Source of the DNA: Pelomyxa schiedti | Lineage: Eukaryota; Protista; Evosea | Length of the DNA stretch: 50,558 nucleotides | Assembly (NCBI GenBank): GCA_020536535.1 | Contig: JAHLWZ010000612.1 | Span: forward strand, 1-50,558 | Reading direction: 5' to 3' | Shown here: in pieces, positions 11,170 to 26,277 of the stretch | Layout: each line of letters begins with the position of its first letter | How positions within the stretch are numbered: the first letter of the stretch is position 1 | Notes under the pieces: model-generated | Seen by the model: the letters and a program-made list of their open reading frames with translations, nothing else | Database searches by the model: none | Told to the model about the DNA's origin: nothing | Position numbers and translations under genes: made by a program

Positions 11170-11439
11170 TAAAACACAAATCATTTCTTCCGGGAAGAAA
11201 TGGTGGTAGACAGTTGTAGAGTTTCGTTCCGAGCTTCAGGCGAAAAAACTTGCGTTCGGCGGGTCTTTTGATCTTTCAATTCATCAAATACCATCAATCT
11301 TATTGCAAACCAACGGTTGGTGCCGTGAATCTCAGGCATTTTGGCGGGCAAATGATTGTGCCAATTGGCAACAGACACATGCCAATGTGTCAAAGGAAAC
11401 TTGTGACAAATACAAGAGCAGTGCGAACGGTGACCCAAG

Positions 11440-13768
11440 ATGAGCGCACATTGTTGTTGCGAGGAAATGACATCGAACGTGCGTGCGGAGATCTGTGTCG
11501 CTCTATACTCGTACCACGCAAGAAAGGACACGCAGCTATCTTTCAGAAAGGGTGACGTGATCACCATTATGTCCGCTGTATGTATGCTTGAAAATCCTTA
11601 CCCCCTTGCGTAACACAAAAAAAGAAGGGAAAGTGGTGGACGGGGCAACTACGTGGAGTCACAGGGAAGATCCCTTCTAACTTTGTGTCCCGCGTGACTG
11701 CAGACCCCGATCTCATGACAGAAGTTCAGAAACCGACCGATGCAACGGATCCACCACCGTCGGGCTCTCCTTCGACATCGTGGACTTCTACCTCGCCTTC
11801 TCTTTCTCCGTCTTACGAATCAGCGAATCCCATGGAACCTCCCCCACTTTTTTGCCTTGCATCAGAATCTCCTTCTCAAGGACTTGCTATCCTTCATTGT
11901 AGTAGTGAGCCGGATTCACCTTCCAACTCTTTGTTGCACGTTCCGCTACACCAAGCAGAGAGCGTTGCACATCTTATGCCTGTTGTATCTAACGACCAAT
12001 TGCCAAATATCACTGGGATCAGTGTAGAGAAGCTTATCGAGAATATGACAATACCTGGAAATACTGGTACGAGATATTTTTTTGTTTTGTTACCTGGTTC
12101 ACCACCTTCAAGATTTTGTGTTGGAGTTTCTTCTTACCTACCGAAGTTTCATTAGTCCAATAACTCTGATCCAATCACTCATTGCACGATACAACAGTAC
12201 AAATACGTATAACTCTATCACTTTGCCACTGTTGACAGACTATTAGGATTTTTGGAGTAATAACATTGTGGGTCACTTCTGACTTTGATGATTTCTTGCA
12301 AGATAAGATTCTCCTGGACACACTCATGGACTTCCTGGACTCGATTGAACAATGTGAAGCCTCATCACGATTGAAAATCTTTATCGCCAAGGTCATATCA
12401 ATACCTTTGTCCGTTGGTGACCTAACTTCCACAGAAAGGGGTCTTATCCCATCCCCAGTCTTCCTTTCCATGGAAGGTAACTTTGAATTCCATCACAGCC
12501 AGAATATAATGATCTCAAGGGCGGAAATTTTACCCTTTGTTCTTCTGAAGCACCAAAGGGGATTTTACCGAAGGGAAGAATAGAGACAATTTTGGATATA
12601 CACCCACTTGAAGCTGCAAGGCAACTTACACTTATGGAGTGGGAAGAGTTTCGAAAGATTAAACCCCGAGAATTCTTTGGGCTTGCCTGGCAAAAAAAAG
12701 TAAGTATGCTTCATTTCTCTTTGACAAATGTTAGGATGCTGCCATCAAAGCTCCGAATCTCTGTCATTTCATTACATGGTTCAACAAGGTGGGGAAAAAG
12801 GGTTACAATTCCTGTTGAAGTAAACAAATTTAGGTGGGCAAGTGGGTTTTATGTTCTGTGCTAGAATCGGACCAAGGAGCAAAGCAAAGGGAGCTCACAA
12901 TATGCCACTTTCTGGCAATCGCTAAGGTATGTGTTTGTGCAGGGATTGTGAAGTCTAACTTAATGACCAGGAATGCATGGATCTTGGCAACTTGAATGGG
13001 ATGATGGAAATTACGGCTGCAGTAGGAAATTCTGCGGTTATGTGGGTTCTAGACAATTTCCTATTAAAAGATACCCACCTTCAAACAGGAGACTAAAAAA
13101 AACCTGGACAGTACGTTTCCTCCATTAGTCTATTCCTGCAGCAACGAATTTCAGCCTTTACTGGCCGAAAAATACAGGGAATTTGAAGGCTTAATTGACA
13201 AAAATTTCAAGGCTGTCAGAAGTATGGCTATGAATAAGTCACCTTGCATTCCTTGTAACTTTTCCTGTGCCATTTACTTCCGACTCTCACCATGAAACAG
13301 ATATGGGAATATTTCTCTCTGATCTCACCTTTATTGAGGTATCAACTAGGTATTGGGTGGTTCTTCTAAATTTTTCCGCAACAGGAAGGCAACCCCGACG
13401 TCGTTCCAGATTCCCCTGGGCTCATCAATTGGTCAAAAATGAAGATGACAGCCAAAGTACTTAAAGAAATCCAGCGGCACCAAAGCGTCCCGTTTGTCCT
13501 ACAACCAGTGACATCTGTACAAGCATTCGTATTGTTCCCTCCCCAAACTTACAACTACTTACAAAACCACAAAAGATATCAGACATCGAAACCCGGCCGG
13601 GAATGACCGACGACGACGCATATGAGCGTTCTCTAGAGTTGGAACCAAAGGAGCCTGATTCGCACAGGTAACATCCCACCCATTCTGCCCGGTGACTCAC
13701 CATTTCACAGGAAAGGTTCCTGCGCCAAGTGGCTGCACAACATCACAAGAATGCTGTGGCTACCATAG
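11440..13768 (+). CDS. SH3-REM-CDC25 Ras guanine nucleotide exchange factor (multi-exon)
   Basis: SH3: VALYSYHARKDTQLSFRKGDVITI|KGKWWTGQLRGVTGKIPSNFV. REM: ISVEKLIE...FLLTYRSF. CDC25: DIHPLEAARQLTLME, GNLNGMMEI, PCIP|YMGIFLSDLTFIE|EGNPD, LINWSK, SLELEP. Confidence 0.92.
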
Positions 13769-13905
13769 AATAGACCCCCTGCCTTTGTGAGCAGCACACT
13801 CTTCGTGTTACATTTATTGTGAAATAGAGAATATCATCTCTGTAACGTAAAATCCAAATAAACAAACACTGGTTTTTCTTTTTCTTCACTGTATGCAAAC
13901 ATTAT

Positions 13906-16130
13906 CTAAAGGACAGAGCCAGTGCACGTGATGCCGTTATATAAAAAGATGCCTGAGAGTGGCACAAAGTGCCTTGTGACCACTTTCACGAGCTCTTGTG
14001 CCGCAACACCACCGATGAACGCGGATACTGTGTGTAACTCTGACCCGCCATACCGGCACCTGTTTCAGGAGGGTCAGCTGAAAAGGTATATACCGGAAGT
14101 GGTGGTGCCTACAATTCATAGAGTATATCGTCAGTGGGCTGGCCGGCCTTGAGCCCTCGCTCCCCGAGCACGAGGTTAAAGCATTTACGTAATTCCCCAA
14201 TGTCGGCTTCTATCTGTTCACAACGTTAGTGTGTTGGAGCACGAGAATTATTGGAGGGCTTACTTGGTCATCAAATGCACCGGGAAGTCTGTGGAACTTG
14301 GAGGAGAACGAATCGACAGCATGTAATCCGCAATACCAAAGTATACTGGAACAAGAGTCATCTATTTGGCCAAGGTGACTGAAATCCTCATTCCCGAGAC
14401 TGTTTTTGTTGTTAAAAGACAAAAACAAAATAAAAGTCTGACCGATATCGCAGTACTTTCAGGTTGTATGCATTTTTGCAATAAATTCGCACTGTGTCAA
14501 GAGGTATTCTTAACTTTCCTCGAAGAGGGCCAAGTGATTCCAAAAGAGAGTCTACATGCTTCGCCACAGTTTGAGCATCTTGCTCGGCTTTTTCTTGGTA
14601 CCTATTTGATGGATTTATTTTAGTTGAATTAATCCAATCGGGTTAAGACAAACAATTTCTGGAGCGTGACAAAGTGATCAGTTGTGGTTGTGAGGTCTGG
14701 GACAGAGCCTATAAGCGGGAGGGTTCCTTCGGAATCAACAAACTCCTAGTACAAAAACTTAGTTATAGTTGGGTGAGTAATATTGTACTTTCAGTGCCTT
14801 AGATACAATCCAAAACTCCGAAACCTCACTTGAGGTGGGGGAACATTTTGGATCCGCAAAAATTTGTCGCACATCGCTTGGAATCTGCAACAACTAAGAA
14901 AAAAAAATTGAGGGCCAATACTGTACTGAGGTGGTAGCCCAAGCCCTGTAAGCGGATGCATGTGCTTCCTGAAAATTAAGCTCATCTTGGTAATCTCTGG
15001 CCGCTTTCAGTATCCCCTGCTTGAACTGGTCTTTTTCAGCGGAATTTGCAGGAACGGCGTTGGAATGCATCTCCCGCCAGCGTTGCAAATGTTGGGCAAG
15101 AATCACGATGTAAGGGACGTGGGAGTGCTGTGCAGAGTCGAGGGTCTCCATCCGGAAAGACCTGATAAATTCCTGCAGTGCTGGCCAAGGGTTTGCTATA
15201 CGTAAGTCGAGGGTTGGGTTGTCTGGGTGAGTCTGCACAACTTTGGGGGAGCAGTTGAGTAAAAAACCGAGATGTGAGTTTGTATACCTGTGTGCTCTTC
15301 TGTGACAATCTTTGTGAATCCAATTAATCCATACGAGCGAACTAAAATAAGGGGGATGTGTCTGGGAAGCAAGACTGTAGAATAGAAATCCAAGAGGGAC
15401 TCTTCGGGAATTTGAGCTGCAACTACAACAGTAAACTGCTCAAAGAATGTAGGCGTCCTTTCTATGAATGTCAGTGGTTCCTTTGACCCTACATGTCAGT
15501 TCTTATGTGAACAAAGAAAAGGCACCACATATACCTCTTCGACAGAATAACCACGAACTCTGCTATTCAACTCCTGCAGAAGTTCAGTGACAACAAGTGC
15601 ACGAGATTTGCCTAAGACGCAACATAAGCCTATCACGAAAAACGGAAAAGCCTAAACAACATACCTATACAAGAAGGTGCAGTGAAAAAGTTGGAACCAA
15701 TGTCAGCAGGGGTAACTTTGCAGCCATCAACAACAGTGAATGCCCCAACGCCTATCAACAAATCAATCAGGTGTGTATGTATGATGTATGACGTATGATT
15801 TAAGGGAGATCGCAACAAAGTTAAATCAAGCAAGCTAAGCTTATTGGCACAAAGGCCAGGGCAGCCAACCTGGTAAAACCAGATTTTTGAGCACTTCAGT
15901 ACCGACGGCGCTGCCATTCAACAGACAAATGTGCGCCCCTTCCAACCTCCCTTGTGCCTCCTCGCCCCACAGCCTGTGTGCGCACGCACGCGCGTGTACC
16001 AGTCAGTGCTAGTTACCTACCCACACCCACTAACACACACACAGTGTCGCGCACATACACGAGCTATGATATGATATGGTATGACAGGCTACCTGATCTG
16101 CCTGTCGTACTTCTCCGGATCGGCGCTCAT
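13906..16130 (-). CDS. NAE1: NEDD8-activating enzyme E1 regulatory subunit (multi-exon)
   Basis: KYDRQIR|[18 protein letters not shown]|[49 protein letters not shown]. Confidence 0.93.
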
Positions 16131-16901
16131 CTCCTGATCGTACCACCCCTCAATTTTTCCTGAAATTGCGGATCCCTCGAACAGTCCGAGACCAACCCAC
16201 AAGTGCACCCCCCACCGAGTGTGGCCTCGTATACGGAACGATGTGCCCCGAACCTGCTCGAAAGAACTTCTGGGAGACTTAAATGATCCCACAAGTTTCC
16301 GCCAGGTACTCTTTTTGCTTTCATCTACTTGGGTCCTGCACACTACCATTGCCCTCCTTTTACAGGTGGGTGGCAATGCCACTGATGCGTGGAAGCTAGG
16401 GGTTCCCCCTCTACCAACCACATTAAGCTGCAGCCAATGTCGACTACAGCAATCACATCATCTGCTGGACGCAGTGACACCTGTCTCTGGGTCCTCTGCA
16501 ATTCACCCTCCACTCAAAGTGGTCAGTAAGTTGTATTGGTATTGTTTTTTTGCACGAAACGGGTGCAAGGGACTGGAGGGGGCAAAAAAAAAAAACAATA
16601 GGTACAATTACATGAAACTAACCCTGCATGCAGGCTAGCCGTGTATGTGAAGAGGTACCTTCCCCACATACACGACCACCCTGCATGCATTGGGCTTTTA
16701 ACCCAGGTTAGGGGCATTAACTGTAAATATTGTTACCAACAGATTTTTCTGCTGGTAGAGAATGGGAGAAATCAACACCGGAAATAAGCAAAGACTTTTT
16801 GGGAACCAGCCTTATGGGAGTGAACAACAACTCCTCAAAAGTCCCAGCACACCGATCCTAGTTGGAGCTTTTTTTTTTGTTATTTGTTGTTTGTTTTTAT
16901 T

Positions 16902-17897
<996 letters not shown>

Positions 17898-18097
17898 TGT
17901 TATTTGTCACTGTCACTATCCTATCACCGCCCGGTTGCAAAAGACCTTGTTTGTTTCTTTGATTTGTTTTTGTTGTTGTGTAAAACGCTTGAACCAGCAA
18001 TAGAAAAAGAAAGAGCTTTTTTTTTAATCACAAACAGCTGAGGCTGTGTCTGGAGAGGATGGGGATTTATACCCATAATGAGCAGGTGTATGTACTA

Positions 18098-20464
18098 CTA
18101 CCGCATAGAGACCCACACGGCTGAGTTGCACTTTATTCCCGAGCCAAATGCGATCTGCCATATCTTGTCGCCAGGGTGCAGCCTCCCTGTGCGCTCAATG
18201 AATGCCAGCTCATACCACACCGATGACGACGAGGTGTTGCCCCACCGGTACAATGTAGCCCGCGACGGTTCAACGTCCTATGTTGATTATGGGTGTTGGT
18301 TCTAGGGGGAAGCGGAGATAGAGCGGTGCGTAGATAGTCTATTACTGTTATTAATAGACTAGCACATATTATTGTAGTATATTAATAGGTGTGTTAATGT
18401 GTGTGAGTTGAAAGATTGGATGATATACCCTTTCGGATAGATTGAGGTTCTCTTGTAGGCCATCGATGATTGCGCGCCCGCCGGCATGTATGCCTTGGAA
18501 TGAGTAAGATAAGGAAACGATTACGTGATACGGTACAGAAGTGTTGGAATGCTTTTTTGAAGTCCGGGATGTAGGGAGGATGGGTCTTGGCATATGCACT
18601 GCTCCATTTTCGGCGCAAAAGAGAAAGTAGGAACTTAAATTGCTCAGAGAATGGGAGGACCTTGTGTAAATACAATGAGATAGAAAACACCCCGAAATTA
18701 CTTGCCTGAGGGCCAAGAATAGTCAAGTTGGTTTTTAAAGCTGCACCAACAATTTTTGGAAGTTCCCTCGACAAGCGGACTCCTGGTGAAAATGTTAATA
18801 ATAATCGATAAATGCTTCAACCTTTATTAAGCTGTGAATCCTCCATTTGGTAAATTGCAGAATAGGCTTCCTCGTCAGCTCCCTTGTGCACGCGAACTGT
18901 GGTAAGTAACTTGTATTTTGCAACATGACGGCATGAAGACTTGTTTGAAAGTAGCAATGCACAGCCACCAACACGGAACAGAGTGTTTGTTATGAGCATC
19001 CCCTTCTGATTTCCACGGTACCTATAGAGTGTAAGAGAAGGATAATTACAGGAAATTTAACCAATTTTGGGTGATATTTTCATGACTGAAAATCACACAA
19101 TTGCAGTTTTTATGCACCCTCTGGAGTAAGTCTTTGGCAAGATCTACAGCAATTATACCAGCACTGCAACCCATGCCAGACAGGTTGAAGCTGCGAATAG
19201 TACTTTTCATCTAAACAATATGACCGGTACTTAAACAAGGAACTAAATACCTTGTATTTTCGAATAATCATCGATGATATAGAAGGTGTCTAACAGAAAT
19301 GAGTATTGTTCATAAATACTAGAACTCCGGACACACAGGGTTGAACAGACTGCAGTTAACAATAAGTATGTCGACTTGACTTGGTGATATATGGGTTTTG
19401 GCAAACAATTCATCTAGGCACCCAGAGAACACCTGCAAGTCATCAGAAGGAATAACTAGCCATAAATAAAACCTGTTCACACTCTTCTCTTGCCCTCTGC
19501 ATTGTTGTCTCAGGTGGAATGGCCAAAATCCCATCAGGGAAGTAGGTTTCCTCACCCAGCCCATTATGTTCTAAAAGTTTCATCTGGAAATCAAGGGATT
19601 CCTGAGAAAACCACTTTGATACAATGGACTGACTGCGAAACCTGGGTTCATTGCGTGAATGGAAATAAAGAAAGTAACCTTCTTCACCTATCAGTACCAC
19701 ATTTATTTTCATCTTGTGCCGTATATGTAGCAAAGTCAATCAAATATACAGGTCGCCGCACCACTACAGTGTACATAATCATCAAGAAGACCAAGGTTAC
19801 ACAGGAGCAACTGAAAATAACTATCTGCGCCACAAACTTGTAGTCCTGCAAGTAGTGGTCGCTGGTCTTCAGCTACAAGAGAATTCTAAGTGATCACCCC
19901 ACCAACAGGGAAAAAGAACCTCCGAGAAGACACTCCAAACAGCTTCCGTGATAGGATTAGTTCTGAAGAAATATATTGCCAATACTACAAATGGAACCCA
20001 CGCCAAGTATACAAGCGACATCCCAACAGACTTGCGATACCCAAGTGAAACCTAGTTCATGAAAGAATAGTCAATACATTAAATAAAGAGATCAAAAAAA
20101 AAAAAAAAAAAGTCTTTATATTGATTGTTTACCTGGTTGTTTTTTTGGGTTTTTTTTGAAAGGTTGGATCGCGTACCTCTCTAAAGTCGCTAGTTCTGTC
20201 AGGGTACCAATACGTCTTCTTCTCAGCCTTTGCCTTGGGCGTCCCCCCCGACGCCGGCCCGCCGCCACCACCACCACTCGTACTACTACTAGTACCGCTA
20301 GCGGGAGTAGTAGTCGACGTTGCTGTTGCTGCTGCTGTGGTTGTCGGCGACGCGACATTAGTGTTGGCTGTGGCACCGATGGCCGACGGCGGCTGGGCCG
20401 TGGCGGGTGTCGCCTGGTGTTGTTGTTCGCCCTCCTCCTGTACCACCGTTGCCGCGTCACTCAT
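18098..20464 (-). CDS. KCS: 3-ketoacyl-CoA synthase, FAE1/CUT1-type very-long-chain fatty acid elongase (multi-exon)
   Basis: N-terminal TM segments, [30 protein letters not shown], catalytic [57 protein letters not shown]. Confidence 0.93.
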
Positions 20465-20650
20465 ACCCCCCCGCCCCAAAAAAAAACGAAATGTATGTAG
20501 ATCAAATAATAATGGAATGTGACGATTTGGTTTTGATCGTTGAAGGCACCGAAAAGACATGACAAAGTTTGGGGATTGACCGGGAGCCCTGGCCGCTTGC
20601 TTTGCTTGGAAACCCCTGTGTATGTGCGGGCCATTGTAGTGTACTTGCTC

Positions 20651-21164
20651 TCAGAATTCTTGTGGGGATGTTCCCTCCTTGTTTGGTTCCAGGGGGTCCG
20701 TGGCGGTAGGTAGTACACCCCCTGACGAGATTGTGCAGGATTCTCGAACGAGGGGGCTAAGCTGACTGTCGCCGAATAAAGCAAGGAACAAGAGCCGCGG
20801 GACTATGCGCACCTTGTGCATGTCCTTGGCTGATTGCCCCGCGACATCCAGTACTTTGCGTACAAGGAATTCCAGCACCGCGGCGAGGTAAACACCAGAG
20901 GCTGTTGTGTGGGGAATTAGTAGGGAATTGTGGCATAGAGGGAGGGATTCGCGTTGGGAGGAGGAGCGGGAAATGGGGGAGATTCTAACTTGGAGCGGTT
21001 CTCTTGGAGTAGTGCCCTTCCCTGAGCATTGTATTTATACGCCCAACAGGAAACAGGAGACCTGCTCTCTCTGATTGTCCTACAACCCTCCTTGTGCTCT
21101 TCTTTTTGAGTTTGGGAATAGCAGGTTCTTCATTTCCGCTAGGAGCTGACCTGCTATTGTACAT
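20651..21164 (-). CDS. H2A: Divergent histone H2A (one intron, ~20989-20903)
   Basis: SERAGLLFPVGRI, GVYLAAVLEFL, RIVPR, TISSGGVLP; ends SPQEF*. Confidence 0.9.
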
Positions 21165-21272
21165 GGTGACAGCCTTATTTTTTTGTTGGTTTTTTCCTTT
21201 AAAAGAGTATTATTTAATTTTTAAATTAAATAAATAGTAAGGTTGCTTTTACTTTATGAAGTAGTAAACCTT

Positions 21273-21719
21273 TTATTTGGAATATACCTTGACTCCCTCA
21301 GCCACTGCCGTTCGCTGGAGTTGTGATAATAATACAAGACGAGTAGCTGTCTGAACCTACACCAGAGTTACCAGAAAACAAACATGGACAGAATATAAGA
21401 AGCACACGTGCCTCCCTAGACGTGAGAGTGCACCTGCGGTTCACCCTGCACAACAGAGCCGCCTCCTTGGCCACCCTCCTGAACATGTCCTGTACCAAGT
21501 CATCCATCACCTGTTCAGTTATGAAACACACATGTAGTTTGAGTTGCTGCTGCTGTTGGCATTTGCCAAACTTACAGCCATTGCTTTCTTGGATATTCCG
21601 ATGTCAGCGTGCACTTGGCGCAACACCCTGTAGATGTACGAACTGAACGGCGATTTGTTAACGACATGCCGACGATTATTCGAGGTCGCCGTCCCGCCCC
21701 CTTGCTTGCTCCTGTTCAT
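21273..21719 (-). CDS. H2B: Divergent histone H2B (two introns, the second GC-AG)
   Basis: FSSYIYRVLRQVHADIGISKKAM|VMDDLVQDMFRRVAKEA...TLTSRE|VQTATRLVL...AVAEGVK. Confidence 0.88.
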
Positions 21720-21849
21720 CCTCACCCAAAAAAGAACGTTTCGGTGAACATCATTGAGTGTATTTGCTGTTGTTTAGTGTGGCGAACTCAAGGCGTGTTG
21801 ACGAAAAAATATTATCTTTCTATCCACGCAAAGGTGGTTACAATGGCAA

Positions 21850-23237
<1,388 letters not shown>

Positions 23238-23356
23238 TCAGGGGCCGTTTTGTGGGTGCGACGTCGATCAATTCCGCCAACTTGTACCCAATTGAATAAT
23301 CAATGGGCCGGCACAATTATTTCTCCTTCAACAGAATTAATTCGGGGCAAACGACT

Positions 23357-23545
23357 AGCGTGAGGCTGATGGTGGATTGTTAGCCTTGCTCTGTCACTGC
23401 GTCGTGATGTGGGCACATGGTAATATGTAGACATTCTCATATTTTTCTGAGGGAATGTGTGCAAGTTCCCCAGTGACAGTGTTGTTGATCGTTTGTACAG
23501 GTATTTTACACAGGAAACACCCCACACAAAACCAAGTCAAAGAGG
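23357..23545 (-). pseudogene. Deleted remnant of the 3' end of family B gene 31477-32679
   Basis: Blocks ggctgatggtggattgttagccttgct, gtgatgtgggca..tggtaata.gtagacatt and caagttccccagtgacagtgttg match 31480-31810 with internal deletions. Confidence 0.7.
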
Positions 23546-23546
23546 C

Positions 23547-25885
23547 TTAGTGCCTTGCTGAGGACTGTGGTGTGCTTGTGGCGGCTACGGGTTTCTTGGG
23601 TGGAGCGGCTCTCTCTGTGTCTTTCTGTTGTGTGTATGAGTGGGATGAATGGAGCTTGGCGGACTTGTTGCACTCAATGCATAAGACCGAGCGGGCTGCC
23701 GCTGCTGCGGCCGATGCACTGCCACTGCCGGAAGAATTCGCGGCGGCAATGGCGGCGGCTGGTGACACTTGCAGCGGCAGTGATATTCCGAGTACCTTTT
23801 GATTGGATCAGTTAAATAGTTTTAGGGGGTTTAGATTTTTGAATCGGTAGCACACCTCATACTGACTGCGGAGACAGCGTGTATGGTACGAGTGTGGGCA
23901 GGTGAATATGCACACATCTTCAAATGGTCGTTGGCCAAAGAGAAACCCAGAGCATACACAACACCTTAATTTAACCGTTATCAGCAAAAGAATTAAGTCG
24001 GTTCCCACATACTTTATTTGCAGTGCTTTGGCACCTTTTTTGCGTGCAGTAAATAAGGTATCAAAAAGGCGAACGCAGTCAGCCTGTAGAATTGTGGTGC
24101 AACCCTGCCGCAGAGACATCTTGATGCAGAGTTAAGTTCATTACTTCAAATGATGTAATGGAGATTACCAAATTGTGATCAGCGAGTATTTTTACAAGTC
24201 TTTTCTGGAGGTTCTCAATATAAACGTGATCGGGAATCCTTCAAAACATAAATTCGTAGATGGAGTGGAGGGGAAAATACTGGCTTATCAAAGTGACGGG
24301 ATCAAGAGGTCCCATATTGTCAAGAAGTGCTCCCAGGAATTCCCCGCCAGAGACTCCCTGAGACAGAAAAAAAAATTACGGTATGAGTAACAGTGTATAT
24401 AGGCTCGCACTCACATGAACTGAAGCTGCCTTTGCCGTGAGGTCGATTGCACGTTTTACCTGTGAGTTTGTTTAGGACTTATTTTTCGATTTTCCTTTTA
24501 TCCGTACAAAGAGGTTCCACAGCTCGGGGTCGTTTTGGGATTGTACAAATTCGAGGGCCTTGGCAAGGAATTAGTTGAATTTGGCTACTACAAAATAATG
24601 AGCACCTCTTTTACATTCTGAACTTGGTACATCAAGATGACAAGGGCATCTTCAAAATTGCCCATCCTTGAAAGAAGTAAAGCTTGCTCGGGGTACAAGT
24701 TTAACTTCTTGCATATTCCCAATGCTGGAAGGGTTATTTCATTAACTCACAGGCACTGCTAAGTCAAGAAGAACATTCAGGGGCGCACCCTCATCCAAGT
24801 CATAATGCACACTGTGAATGAGAAACGGTCTCAGTGCCGGGTACTCATATTTTGCATAAAGCTCCACTTGTAATTTGTGGTATTCTTTCGTGGAATTTGG
24901 TTCCCGTTGGAAGAGTGTGTGTAAGTACTCATGAAGCAGTTTCTGATCGAAACGGCTCAGTTGTTGAACTGCTTGTGGAACCTGTTCCAGAGATTGTGAG
25001 GTTTTAGGTACTTTGTGCAGAATCTACATACTGCGATTTTGTCAGTGTTTGAGATGAGTAAATTCATTGTTTCTTTGGCATCGACTTGGAGAAGTTTTCC
25101 AATCTGGTTGGACACTGATTCATAGAGGTGATGTCTGCGAGAAAATATTAATACGACTATTGCCAGAAGGAGACCTACTTTTCAATAAAATTAAACACGC
25201 CTCGATGCCTGATGTCCAAGTAGATCTCAAGAGCTTTCTTTGGTTCGTTGTTGTTGGTGTACCTCAAGACAAGTGAGAGTCCGGAAAAAAAACTAACACA
25301 TACAATTGAGCAAGACCTAATTTATGTTTTTCAGTTGGAGTGATAGTTTTCATAGCAATTAAGATTTCTTTAACGTCAAACAGGGATTCCCAGGCTGAAA
25401 TTAACTGCAAAAACCTATCTGGATCACCTGTTTATATTATGAGAGGCAATAAAGAGGGGAAGGTTGCTCACATCGAAGGAAGTATATAATTACATTGGTG
25501 TACGTGACAGTTTTGAGTGTGGGATTTCTGGTCGGAATATAATCAACTAATCTCTATATACACAAATTGATTGGTCCACGATTGATTGGTGGTGGAATTT
25601 ACTGTCATCTGTCCATGCTCTGTAAAAGTTATGATCCATTTTTCCCAGAGTTCTGGATCAGAGCCTAAAGTTTCTACACAAACTCTTACGGCCTTGGTGT
25701 AATCTTGTTTTGCTGTTAAGTGTTAGACTAATTAGCACCCGTGAAGGTAAACTACAAATCAAGTCATTCAGATAGCTCTCCACAATTCGGGCATATTTCT
25801 TGGCGCCTTCTGGAGTGGTCTTTTCATGTTCGCACTCCATAAGTGCTTCAGCAAATCTAGAAAGGGTAGAAAATTGGCCCAACCA
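23547..25885 (-). CDS. VPS41: VPS41 homologue copy A, 3' part (clathrin/CHCR repeat and RING-H2), truncated by gap
   Basis: Near-identical to 26520-28875. LLSRMGN, RING CCVC...FTCPHSYHTRCL...CIEC. Confidence 0.82.
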
Positions 25886-25903
25886 GGGGGGGGGGGGGGG
25901 GGG

Positions 25904-26003
25904 NNNNNNNNNNNNNNNNNNNNNNNNNNNNNNNNNNNNNNNNNNNNNNNNNNNNNNNNNNNNNNNNNNNNNNNNNNNNNNNNNNNNNNNNNNNNNNNNN
26001 NNN
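25904..26003. other. Scaffold gap (100 N), preceded by a poly-G run
   Basis: Run of N. Confidence 0.99.
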
Positions 26004-26277
26004 TTGCCACTGGTCACAACCTGATTATGAGGTGTGGGATTGCTGGAACCCCTCCTCACCATTGAAGGTCTCACCAGTCCCAATGATAACCCCCGATTGT
26101 GCCTCCACTGAGGATGAAAAAGTGGCTCCACAAACACGGCCTGAATCATGTTGTGTGGTTCAAGCTGTCGGCGATAATGAGGTCATTGTTGTGGATGCAC
26201 TCTCTGGGTTCACAGTGCTCACTGTCACCGTCCCTCTGTGGAACACCGTGATCCTCGACAATACATGTTCATTCTAA
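26004..26277 (+). CDS. 3' end of another family B gene
   Basis: YEVWDCWNP...VIVVDALSGFTVLTV matches the family B C-terminal motif (IMVYDALAGTHLLTL; LTIHDALTG). Confidence 0.6.

Noticed and set aside
11181-11567. ORFs 11181-11567 (-) and 11250-11555 (+)
   Set aside because: Shadow frames overlapping the SH3 exon of the RasGEF.
16600-16880. Small hairpin (cgtgtatgtg...cacatacacg), an A-box-like sequence and a T-run suggesting a Pol III RNA
   Set aside because: No B-box or cloverleaf; the T-run lies in the TPI 3' flank.
25886-25903. Poly-G run or poly-Pro tract; possible G-quadruplex
   Set aside because: It abuts a gap and VPS41 copy B has ordinary sequence here, so it is probably a sequencing artefact.
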